Assembly: GCA_964519305.1 (NCBI GenBank)
Contig: CAZFHY010000013.1
Location: 52,153 to 116,152, forward strand
DNA length: 64,000 nt
Direction of reading: 5' to 3'
Origin: Candidatus Undinarchaeota archaeon
GTDB lineage: Archaea; SpSt-1190; JASMDC01
A program made the position numbers and the translations under genes. Shown piece after piece: positions 48,342 through 56,685 of the stretch (positions are counted from its first letter, which is position 1; every line of letters begins with the position of its first letter). Below the pieces are notes generated by a model. It saw only the letters and a list, made by a program, of their open reading frames with translations, was not told the DNA's origin and searched no databases.

Positions 48342-48872
48342 TCAACCGTTCTTCACGAAAAGGAACGTCCGTTCACCCTTCCTCGACAATCTGAACATCC
48401 CGCTCCCTGTGACATTGGCCACTATGTCATCATCCCCCATGTGATGGTCGCTGAAGGATAGGACACCGTCCGGTTTCATGACGCGGTGGAGCTCTGCAAG
48501 GACCCCATCGGGCTCGCACAGTTTGTGGAACGTGTCGTACAGGAGGATCACGTTGACGGTGGCGTCCGGTAGCCCCGTGGCGCAATCTGAGAGAATCGTC
48601 TCCACGTTCGTAAAGTGGTCCCTCGATGCGATGTCCCGTACCATTTTCATAGCTAGGGGATGGATGTCCAGGGCATATACCTTCCCAGAATCGCCCACGA
48701 GCTCGGCGGTCGCTGCCACGTACCCGCCGGGACCGCAGCCATAGTCGAGCACATGGAATCCGGGCTCGATACCCGCTTCCTTCAGGATCCCCTTGCGTGG
48801 ACGGAAGTAATCCCTGAACCGGTACATGAGCGCCATGAGCCTGAAGCCGATGCCCGACTGGGGCGCGTCCAT
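48342..48872 (-). CDS. Class I SAM methyltransferase
   Basis: VLDYGCGPG, VYALD, RVMKPDG. Confidence 0.9.
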   Translation of the reverse strand: MDAPQSGIGFRLMALMYRFRDYFRPRKGILKEAGIEPGFHVLDYGCGPGGYVAATAELVGDSGKVYALDIHPLAMKMVRDIASRDHFTNVETILSDCATGLPDATVNVILLYDTFHKLCEPDGVLAELHRVMKPDGVLSFSDHHMGDDDIVANVTGSGMFRLSRKGERTFLFVKNG

Positions 48873-49039
48873 GTCTTCTCATTTATGCTCTAAGGTATAT
48901 TAATAGTCGTCAAATCGGGTAAGGCTCGTCCTACACGAGCAGTTCGGCATTCTAAGATAGGGGCCTCTAAGGCGTTATGGTATCAAAATTGAAACCTCCA
49001 TACTAATAAAGTCACAACGGTGTTAAGTGACCGCTCGCG

Positions 49040-50056
49040 ATGGCAAAGCAGTACCTCCTGAGGAAGGCCGACTTCGATACCTTCATCAATAGCGTCCTCA
49101 AGAGGTCCGAGGTCATCGCCCCCGTCAAGGGGGATGAGACGAAGCTGCGGACGAGGAGCAGGTACGCACCTATCACGTCACCGGACGAGATCTGGCTCGA
49201 AGGGATCCCGTTCTACACCACGAAGTACTTCTTCTTCGACCGGAAGGAGGTGCTATTCAAGTTCAAGGGGAACGAGGTCATCGATCCCACCATCACGCTC
49301 AAGGACCGTGTCTTCTTCGGTGTGCGTCCCTGTGACCTTCAGGGGATCCGGCACCAGGACATCGTGTTCCTAGAGGAGAATCCCGACCCCTTCTACAAGG
49401 CGCGACGGGAGGCCACGCTCCTCATCGGTCTCCAATGCGCAGAGGACGGGAACGACGAGTTCTGCTTCTGCGGCTCCCTAGATCTAAAGGACATATACTT
49501 CGACCTAATGCTCTACGACAAGGACGACGCGTACGCTGTGGTGTGCGGCAGTGACAAAGGAACGGCGTTCATAGAGCGGTACGAGCAGTACTTCGAGGCT
49601 ACCGAGGGCGTAATCACGCCGAGTGACGTGTGCACCAAGGACAAGAGGGGGCTCGCGACGACCGATATCGCCGACATCTACGACCGTGACGAGTGGAAGG
49701 AGGGCGCGGACCGCTGTATCAGCTGTGGTGCCTGCACCATGCTGTGCCCGTCGTGCCACTGCTTCACAATCCAGGACGAGCTAGACCTCGACCTCAAGTC
49801 AGGCCAGAGGGTCAGGACGCCCGCGAGCTGTCAGCTCATGTCATTCACCAGGGTCGCTGGGGACCACGTGTTCAGGTCCGAGCGCCTCGCGCGGTTCAAG
49901 CACCGTATCTATCATCAGCTCCAGTACTCAAGGGAGCGTCGCGGCGAGACGCTCTGCATCGGGTGCGGCAGGTGCGTCCGCGACTGCCCCGCAAAGATAG
50001 ACTGGGTGAGCATCATTAACAAGATGAAGGAGGGCGATAAGGATGACGACGCGTGA
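49040..50056 (+). CDS. Group 3b [NiFe]-hydrogenase (sulfhydrogenase) beta subunit
   Basis: GVRPCD, CISCGACTMLCPSCHC, CIGCGRCVRDCP. Confidence 0.88.
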   Translation: MAKQYLLRKADFDTFINSVLKRSEVIAPVKGDETKLRTRSRYAPITSPDEIWLEGIPFYTTKYFFFDRKEVLFKFKGNEVIDPTITLKDRVFFGVRPCDLQGIRHQDIVFLEENPDPFYKARREATLLIGLQCAEDGNDEFCFCGSLDLKDIYFDLMLYDKDDAYAVVCGSDKGTAFIERYEQYFEATEGVITPSDVCTKDKRGLATTDIADIYDRDEWKEGADRCISCGACTMLCPSCHCFTIQDELDLDLKSGQRVRTPASCQLMSFTRVAGDHVFRSERLARFKHRIYHQLQYSRERRGETLCIGCGRCVRDCPAKIDWVSIINKMKEGDKDDDA

Positions 50057-50873
50057 GATCCTCATCCGCGATAGCCCCTACCGGCCCGAGAAGAAGAAGG
50101 TAATCTCGTACCGGCGCGAGTCCCACGACTCCTTCACCATCCGACTGGACTGGCGGCTCGACCACGGACCCGGACAGTTCATCTTCTGCTCTCTACCGGG
50201 TTTCGGCGAGGCCCCCATCTCCATCTGCTCACACTCTGACGAGTACGTCGAGCTCAACATCAGGGAGGTGGGCAACGTCACCAACGCCCTTGCGGACCTC
50301 AAGGTGGGCGACGAGCTCCTGGTCAGGGGTCCGTACGGCACTCCCTATCCAATGGATGCCATGCGCGGGAAGGACGTCGTCTTCGTCGGCGGCGGCTGTG
50401 GCGTAGCGCCCCTCAAAGGTGTCATCGAGTACATCGAGCACAACCGGGAAGCGTTCGGCAAGGTCACGCTCTTCCTCGGATTCAGGACCCCCAAGGACAC
50501 CCTCTTCCTAGACAGTCTCGAGCGGTGGATGGACGTGTTCGCCGTCGACGTCAGCTTCGATGAGAAGTCGGGCGAGGTGCCTGCCGTATGCGCACTGGCA
50601 TCGGAGGGCTTCGTCACGCAGCTCGTCGCGCAGAACGTCGAGTACGACGAGAACACGCTGGCGCTGCTCTGCGGCCCACCCATCATGATCGAGAAGGCGG
50701 CCGAGCTCCTTATGGGCAAGGGCTTTTCGGCCGAACAGCTGTACCTCAGCGCCGAGCGCCTGATGTACTGCGGTATCGGTAAGTGTGGCCGTTGCATGAT
50801 CCACGGGTACTACACGTGCCTCGACGGGCCCGTGTTCAGGTACGACGAGCTCAGGAGGGCGAGCGATGGGTAG
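50043..50873 (+). CDS. Group 3b hydrogenase gamma (FAD/NAD(P)) subunit
   Basis: PGQF, GEAPIS, RGPYG, CGPP, CGIGKCGRC..CLDGPVF. Confidence 0.9.
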   Translation: MTTREILIRDSPYRPEKKKVISYRRESHDSFTIRLDWRLDHGPGQFIFCSLPGFGEAPISICSHSDEYVELNIREVGNVTNALADLKVGDELLVRGPYGTPYPMDAMRGKDVVFVGGGCGVAPLKGVIEYIEHNREAFGKVTLFLGFRTPKDTLFLDSLERWMDVFAVDVSFDEKSGEVPAVCALASEGFVTQLVAQNVEYDENTLALLCGPPIMIEKAAELLMGKGFSAEQLYLSAERLMYCGIGKCGRCMIHGYYTCLDGPVFRYDELRRASDG

Positions 50874-51642
50874 ACCACGTGTCGGGTTCTATGACCTGAC
50901 CGGTTGCCAGGGGTGCATGCTGAGCGTGCTCTACAATGAGGACGAGATCCTCGACATCGTCAAGCTCGTGGAGATCGTATCGTTCCGCTTCGTCAAGCAG
51001 GAGGACGATAAAGGCCCCCTGGATATCGCGTTCATCGAGGGGACGATCGTTTCGAAGGATGACGAAGAGCGAGTCAAAGAACTGAGGGACCGTGCGAATG
51101 TTGTCGTCGCCATCGGTGCCTGCGCGTGCGAGGGTAACATCCCCGCACTGCGTAACTTCGTGGACGAGCGGGAGCTCGCTCATCTCAAGTTCGACAAGAT
51201 GCACGAACAACAGCTCGACATCGGGAAGCCGCGGCCCATCCATGAGTTCATCAACGTTGACTTCACCCTCCCCGGGTGCCCTCCCGACAGGGACGAAATC
51301 AAGAGCTTCCTCCTCCAGACCCTGTTCGGTAAGAAATTCCGTGACTATCCCGATCCTGTCTGCATCGAGTGCTGGCTCCACCAGAACTACTGCCTGCTCG
51401 ACGCCGACCAGATATGCCTGGGCCCGATAACCAAGGGAGGATGCCAGGCCGTGTGTGTCAATAAGGGGCTCATCTGCTACGGCTGTCGTGGTCTGTCCCA
51501 GGACGCCCAGCTCAAGACGTTCTTCGACCTCATGGAGAAGAAGGGCGTTCCCAATGTCGAGGTGAAGAAGGTCATGGAGACATTCATGGGGATCGCCATC
51601 AACGAAAAACTGCGTGGTACGAAATGGGAACGATTACACTGA
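50866..51642 (+). CDS. Group 3b hydrogenase small (delta) subunit
   Basis: GCQGC, GACA, PGCPP, CIEC, CLGP. Confidence 0.9.
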   Translation: MGRPRVGFYDLTGCQGCMLSVLYNEDEILDIVKLVEIVSFRFVKQEDDKGPLDIAFIEGTIVSKDDEERVKELRDRANVVVAIGACACEGNIPALRNFVDERELAHLKFDKMHEQQLDIGKPRPIHEFINVDFTLPGCPPDRDEIKSFLLQTLFGKKFRDYPDPVCIECWLHQNYCLLDADQICLGPITKGGCQAVCVNKGLICYGCRGLSQDAQLKTFFDLMEKKGVPNVEVKKVMETFMGIAINEKLRGTKWERLH

Positions 51643-52901
51643 ACCATATCGCCAAGGTCGAGGGCCACGCCCGACTCGACCTCCAGGTGGAGGGGGGCCG
51701 GCTGGTACGCTGCACGCTCGGCGCTGTGGAGGGGAGCCGCTACTTCGAGGGACTTCTCAAGGGCAGACAGTACTATGACGCGGCCGAGATCACGTCACGG
51801 ATCTGCGGGATCTGCTCATCGGCCCACGGTGTCGCCGCCGTGATGGCCATGGAGAACGCGCTGGGAATCGAGGCGAGCGAACAAACCCTCGCCCTCCGTG
51901 AGCTCCAGACCATCGGTGAGCGCATCCGGAGCCACGCATCGCATCTCTACTTCCTGGCCATCCCCGATTACCTCGGGTACGGGTCCGCCCTCGACATGAC
52001 GGATAAGTATCCTGACGAGGTGAAGCGGGCCCTCCGACTGGTCAAGCTCGGTAACGACATGGTCACTCTGGTGTCCGGGAGGGTCCTGCACCAGGTAGCC
52101 ACCACCTTGGGCGGATTCACCCACTTCCCGACCGAGTCGGAGCTCGCGACGGTGAAGCAGCGGTTGGTGGAGTCCAAGGAGGACATCGTAAAGACCGCCG
52201 AGCTGGTGGCGTCGCTTGATGTTCCCGACATCGCCATCGACACGCCTTCCTTCTGCCTCTCCAGAGAGGATACGTACGCCACATCGCACGGTCGTATCGT
52301 CGTGGGGGACGATACGTTCGAACAGAAGGACTATGCGACCGTGCTCAAGGAGTACCAGGAACCCCACTCGAACGCCAATTTCGTTGTAAAGGACGGCAAG
52401 ACGTACTACGTCGGTGCCTTGGCGCGGCTCAACAACAACGGTCGGTTACTGAGCGACGAGGCAAGAGTTTTCATTGAGAGCACAGAGTTCAAGCTCCCGA
52501 GCCTCAATCCGTTCCACAACAATCTGGCACAGGCCATCGAGCTCATCCACTACCGGGAGGCATGCATCGGTATACTCGAGGACGTCCAGGTCCGTCGGGA
52601 GCCGCTGGCCCCTTTCACGGTCCGTGCAGGTCGGGGCATCGCGGCCAATGAAGCTCCTCGGGGGACCTTGTGGCACGAGTACAAGATCGACGACAATGGT
52701 GCAATCACCTACGGGAACGTCATCACGCCAACAGCGCAGTACCTGCGGCACATGCAGGACAGCTGCGCGGCCTACGCTCAGATACTGTTGGACCGGGATG
52801 CATCGAAGGACGAGATCGTCCGCGAGATGGAGAAGCTCATCAGGACCTATGATCCGTGCTTCTCGTGCGCGACCCACTTCCTGACGGTCAACTGGCACTG
52901 A
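51624..52901 (+). CDS. Group 3b hydrogenase large (alpha) subunit
   Basis: KVEGH, RYFEG, SRICGICS.AH, DPCFSCATH. Confidence 0.92.
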   Translation: MGTITLNHIAKVEGHARLDLQVEGGRLVRCTLGAVEGSRYFEGLLKGRQYYDAAEITSRICGICSSAHGVAAVMAMENALGIEASEQTLALRELQTIGERIRSHASHLYFLAIPDYLGYGSALDMTDKYPDEVKRALRLVKLGNDMVTLVSGRVLHQVATTLGGFTHFPTESELATVKQRLVESKEDIVKTAELVASLDVPDIAIDTPSFCLSREDTYATSHGRIVVGDDTFEQKDYATVLKEYQEPHSNANFVVKDGKTYYVGALARLNNNGRLLSDEARVFIESTEFKLPSLNPFHNNLAQAIELIHYREACIGILEDVQVRREPLAPFTVRAGRGIAANEAPRGTLWHEYKIDDNGAITYGNVITPTAQYLRHMQDSCAAYAQILLDRDASKDEIVREMEKLIRTYDPCFSCATHFLTVNWH

Positions 52902-53277
52902 GCTCCCTAATCATCCTGCATACGTCTCCTTTGATGCCTTCGAGCGCTCCTTTCAGGGGGATGCCGATGATCACGATGCCTTTTATGTCGCCCGTCCGCT
53001 CCATAAGCTTGAGGAAGAAGGCGAGGTCGAAGTCGTGGAGGGAGACTATCCTGCGACTCGCGAGCCTGTCCACGTCACGAAGTAGGACTACCTCGTCGGT
53101 GTTCTCGACAACGTCCAGGATGATGAGCTCTTTGTCGGGACGGTCGAGGAGCTCGCTAGGATCGTCGCACATGACGAACGTCACACCCGGTAGGTCGTCC
53201 TCGATAAGTTCCGCGAGCTGCTTGGCCCTGGCATCCGGTGCGACTAGCTCGTTCCCGAACACGTAGACGTTCATCAT
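52888..53277 (-). CDS. Short degenerate hydrogenase-maturation-protease-like protein
   Basis: VFGNEL..D, ILDVV, SLHDFDL, IIGIP; last gene of hyp operon. Confidence 0.55.
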   Translation of the reverse strand: MMNVYVFGNELVAPDARAKQLAELIEDDLPGVTFVMCDDPSELLDRPDKELIILDVVENTDEVVLLRDVDRLASRRIVSLHDFDLAFFLKLMERTGDIKGIVIIGIPLKGALEGIKGDVCRMIRELSAS

Positions 53278-53310
53278 CGCTCCTCCGGGCCAGGTGTGCA
53301 GGACATGGGC

Positions 53311-53679
53311 CTACTTATGCTCCATCTCTATCCGTTTGAGGAGCATGCTCTTGCCCTTGATGATCTCAACCTCGGTCGAACCGCACTTCGGACAGAGGAA
53401 CGCGATGGCGAAGTGGTCAGTGCTCGTCACGTCGATACCGCCCTCATACTCGCAGGACGGGCATCGGACCTCTGCAGGCTCGTTGCGGACCACCACGTCC
53501 AGTCCCTCGGCAAGGGTACCCTTTGACAGTTCCTTCAGCCAGTAGGTCATCTGCTCGGGCGCGGCTAGCGTCAGGTCACCGAGCTCCAGCTCTACGGTCA
53601 GGACCTTAGAGGCATCGTGCTCCTTTGCTTTCTGCATCACGATGTCGAATACCTGGCTGGCCAGCGAGAACTCATGCAT
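53311..53679 (-). CDS. hypA: Nickel metallochaperone
   Basis: MHE N-terminus, CPSC..CPKC. Confidence 0.92.
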   Translation of the reverse strand: MHEFSLASQVFDIVMQKAKEHDASKVLTVELELGDLTLAAPEQMTYWLKELSKGTLAEGLDVVVRNEPAEVRCPSCEYEGGIDVTSTDHFAIAFLCPKCGSTEVEIIKGKSMLLKRIEMEHK

Positions 53680-53680
53680 C

Positions 53681-54349
53681 CTACAGACCCAGTGCAACTA
53701 CGAGCTCGGCCATACCTAGGCCGTCGCGGGCGTTGGTGCGCACGCTCTTGGCCTTCGGGTTCACCTTGCTGAGGTCGCCCTCGAGCTTCTCGATCTCGAG
53801 CCCCATGGCCTCGGCCATGTCCACCTTGTTCACGGCCACGACGTCGGCCTCCCTGAAGATGAACGGGTGCTTGAGCACCATGTGCGGCCCCTCTGTGCAC
53901 GAGATGAGCACGAGTTTCCGGTGGGCACCCAGCGGGAACTCAGCTGGGCAGATAAGGTTCCCCACGTTCTCGATGATGAGGATCTCGGTCTTCTCCAGGT
54001 CAATCTTGTCCAGCGCCTTCTTCACGAGGTTCGCGTCCAGGTGGCATTCCTTTCCTGTGTTGATCTGGACTACCTTCCCGCCGCTCTCGCCGATCAGGTC
54101 AGCGTCGATGGTGGTGGTGAGGTCGCCTGTGAACACGGCCACTCGCGAGCCCCCGAGTTCTTTCACGAGCCGGCTGATGAGCGTCGTCTTCCCAGTGCCT
54201 ATGCTCCCCATCACGTTGATCCCGAGTATCCCGTGCGCGTCGAGCAGTTTCCGGTTCTGTTCCGCAAGCTCGTTGTTCGCCCGAAGTAGATCCTCCTCGA
54301 GCTCTATATCGAACGTCTCTCCGGGTCCGGGCTTTATCGTTTCGACCAT
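53681..54349 (-). CDS. hypB: Hydrogenase nickel-insertion NTPase
   Basis: GTGKT, CHLDA, ENVGNLICP, NKVD. Confidence 0.93.
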   Translation of the reverse strand: MVETIKPGPGETFDIELEEDLLRANNELAEQNRKLLDAHGILGINVMGSIGTGKTTLISRLVKELGGSRVAVFTGDLTTTIDADLIGESGGKVVQINTGKECHLDANLVKKALDKIDLEKTEILIIENVGNLICPAEFPLGAHRKLVLISCTEGPHMVLKHPFIFREADVVAVNKVDMAEAMGLEIEKLEGDLSKVNPKAKSVRTNARDGLGMAELVVALGL

Positions 54350-54373
54350 TGTATCATCAATCCTCCAGTATCG

Positions 54374-55381
54374 TTAACAGATCCTCGGTAGTTCCTCGCC
54401 GGCGTGGGTGTTCACTATCCTCTGGCCGGCGATGTTCGTGTTCATCCGTACCTGGCCTACGGGATTATCGACCACCTCGCCGATGATCGCTGCATCCCGA
54501 CCGTACGGGTTCGCCCTCATGGCCGCGAGCACTGCGTCCGCGTCCTCAGGAGCGACGATGGCGACGAGCTTACCCTCGTTCGCCATGTAGAGCGGATCGA
54601 GGCCGAGCATCTCGCATGCCGCGAACACGTTCCCGTCCACAGGGATGCTCTCCTCGTTGATCATGATGCCTCTCTCGGAGCTGGATGCGATCTCGTTCAG
54701 CACGGTCGCAAGCCCGCCACGTGTCACGTCCCGCATGCAGTGGATCCCACGTCCTTGCTCCATCATTTCGGCCACGAGCCCGTTCAGGGGAGCGCAATCG
54801 CTGGCGATCTCGCTCGAGAAGCGCAATCCTTCACGTTGTGACAGCACGGCGATGCTGTGGTTGCCGATCGCCCCGCTCAGGATGACCTTGTCACCCGTCT
54901 TCGCGTTAGTGGCGGAGATATTCACTCCCTCGGAGACGTCACCGATACCGGTCGTGTTGATGAACACGCCATCGGCGCTCCCGCGCTCGACTACCTTGGT
55001 GTCGCCAGCGACGATCCTCACCCCGGCCTCCTTCGCTGCCGCGGCCATCGAGCTGACGACCTCCTTCAGCGTGGCGATCTCGAGGCCCTCCTCGAGGATG
55101 AACGATGCGGTCAGGTAACGTGGTACGGCGCCCATGACGGCCAGGTCGTTCACCGTGCCGCACACGGCCAGTTTGCCGATGTTACCGCCGTTGAAGAACA
55201 ATGGGCTGACCACGAACGAGTCCGTGGTGAACGCAAGGCGCGAGCCCTCGACCGGGAGGACCGCGCTGTCCTCAAGGAGCCGGAGCGTTGGATCGTCGAA
55301 CGCCTCGACGAACACCCCTGCGATGAGGTCCTGGGTCATGCCCCCTCCGATGCCATGCGCACGCAGTATCCTTTCCTCCAT
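54374..55381 (-). CDS. hypE: Carbamoyl dehydratase
   Basis: TTDSFVV, GDTKVV, D.TRGG, C-terminal LPRIC. Confidence 0.95.
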   Translation of the reverse strand: MEERILRAHGIGGGMTQDLIAGVFVEAFDDPTLRLLEDSAVLPVEGSRLAFTTDSFVVSPLFFNGGNIGKLAVCGTVNDLAVMGAVPRYLTASFILEEGLEIATLKEVVSSMAAAAKEAGVRIVAGDTKVVERGSADGVFINTTGIGDVSEGVNISATNAKTGDKVILSGAIGNHSIAVLSQREGLRFSSEIASDCAPLNGLVAEMMEQGRGIHCMRDVTRGGLATVLNEIASSSERGIMINEESIPVDGNVFAACEMLGLDPLYMANEGKLVAIVAPEDADAVLAAMRANPYGRDAAIIGEVVDNPVGQVRMNTNIAGQRIVNTHAGEELPRIC

Positions 55382-55384
55382 GGT

Positions 55385-56467
55385 TCACACCCCGTACTCG
55401 TGGGCCGCCGCACAGCTGCCCTCTGAAGACACCATGCACGGCCCTACCGGGTGCTCGGGAGTGCACGTCTTCCCGAACAGTCCGCACTGGCCCGGGGACA
55501 TGATCCCCCGGAGGACATCGCCGCACCGGCAACCGGGCGGGTCCTTGCTCTCAGGGACCTTGATGTCGAACCGTCGTGTCGCATCGTACTTCTCGTACTC
55601 CTCCCTCAGGTCGAGACCGCTCGACGGGATGGTGCCGATCCCACGCCACGTGCTGTCGCCCACCTCGAAGACCTCGTAGAGCCGTTTCTGGGCGAGCTCG
55701 TTCCCTTCAGGCCGCACCGAGCGGGTGTACTGGATCTCGACCGCCGCCTTTCTATCACGGACCTGCTTGAGCAGCATTTCGACACCCTGAAGGATGTCCA
55801 GCGGTTCGAATCCGGTGATAACGCAGGGGATATTGTGGTCCCTGGCAATGAACTCATATGGTCGGGAACCGATGATTGTGCTCACGTGACCCGGGCAGAT
55901 GAACCCGTCGAGCTTGAGCTCGTCACAGGCCACCAGCGCCTCCATGGCGGGAGGGATGACCTTGTGAGCGGGCAGGATGAGGAAGTTGTCAAGGCCCTTC
56001 TTCTCCGCAAGCTGGACGGAACATGCGATGGACGGAGATGTGGTCTCGAACCCGACGGCCAGGAACACGACGGTCCTGTCAGGATTCTCCTCGGCGATCC
56101 GGAGTGCGTCGAGGGTGGAGTAGACCACCCTGATGTCCCTTCCCGCGGCCTTTTCGTGCTGGAGACTGGATGATGTGCCCGGTACACGGATCATGTCGCC
56201 GAACGTCGTGAGGATCACCCCTTCGGTCCGTGCGAGTTCGACGGCCTCGTCCACGGTCCGCGTCGGGGTCACGCACACGGGGCAGCCCGGGCCCGAGACG
56301 AGCGACACGCCCTCAGGCAGCAATCCCTTGATGCCGGACCTCGCGATCGCCATTGTATGAGAACCGCAAACCTCCATCAGGTTGGCCTTCACGGGAGAAA
56401 GGGCATTGATGCGCTCTACAAGCTTACTGGCGACAGTACTGTCCCTGAACTCGGAGACGTATCTCAT
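55385..56467 (-). CDS. hypD: Hydrogenase maturation protein
   Basis: MEVCGSH, GPGCPVC, GFETT, PGHVS, GPCMVSSEG.C. Confidence 0.95.
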   Translation of the reverse strand: MRYVSEFRDSTVASKLVERINALSPVKANLMEVCGSHTMAIARSGIKGLLPEGVSLVSGPGCPVCVTPTRTVDEAVELARTEGVILTTFGDMIRVPGTSSSLQHEKAAGRDIRVVYSTLDALRIAEENPDRTVVFLAVGFETTSPSIACSVQLAEKKGLDNFLILPAHKVIPPAMEALVACDELKLDGFICPGHVSTIIGSRPYEFIARDHNIPCVITGFEPLDILQGVEMLLKQVRDRKAAVEIQYTRSVRPEGNELAQKRLYEVFEVGDSTWRGIGTIPSSGLDLREEYEKYDATRRFDIKVPESKDPPGCRCGDVLRGIMSPGQCGLFGKTCTPEHPVGPCMVSSEGSCAAAHEYGV

Positions 56468-56685
56468 TTGATCGCCTCCGCGATCTCGTCGAACAACCGC
56501 AGTGTCTCGCGTGCTTCCTCCTCGTCCAGTTTCTGGATAGCAAAACCAGCATGCACGATGACGAAGTCGCCCACTACGGGGTCCTCGATGAGGGTGACAG
56601 CGGCATCCCGCACCACTCCTCCAAAGTCGACTCGGGCCATATCGCCCTCGATCTCGATTATCCGTGCAGGTATACCAAGGCACAT
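56464..56685 (-). CDS. hypC: Hydrogenase assembly chaperone
   Basis: MCLGIP, VHAGFA. Confidence 0.95.
   Translation of the reverse strand: MCLGIPARIIEIEGDMARVDFGGVVRDAAVTLIEDPVVGDFVIVHAGFAIQKLDEEEARETLRLFDEIAEAIK

Noticed and set aside
42576-48940. C(C/T)TACAC core shared by the 28-bp repeats, 45565 (CTTACACGAAC) and the hairpin GCTCGT-CCTAC-ACGAGC at 48924-48940, as an integron-like cassette array
   Set aside because: Similarity is limited to about 10 bp, flanks do not align and no integrase is present
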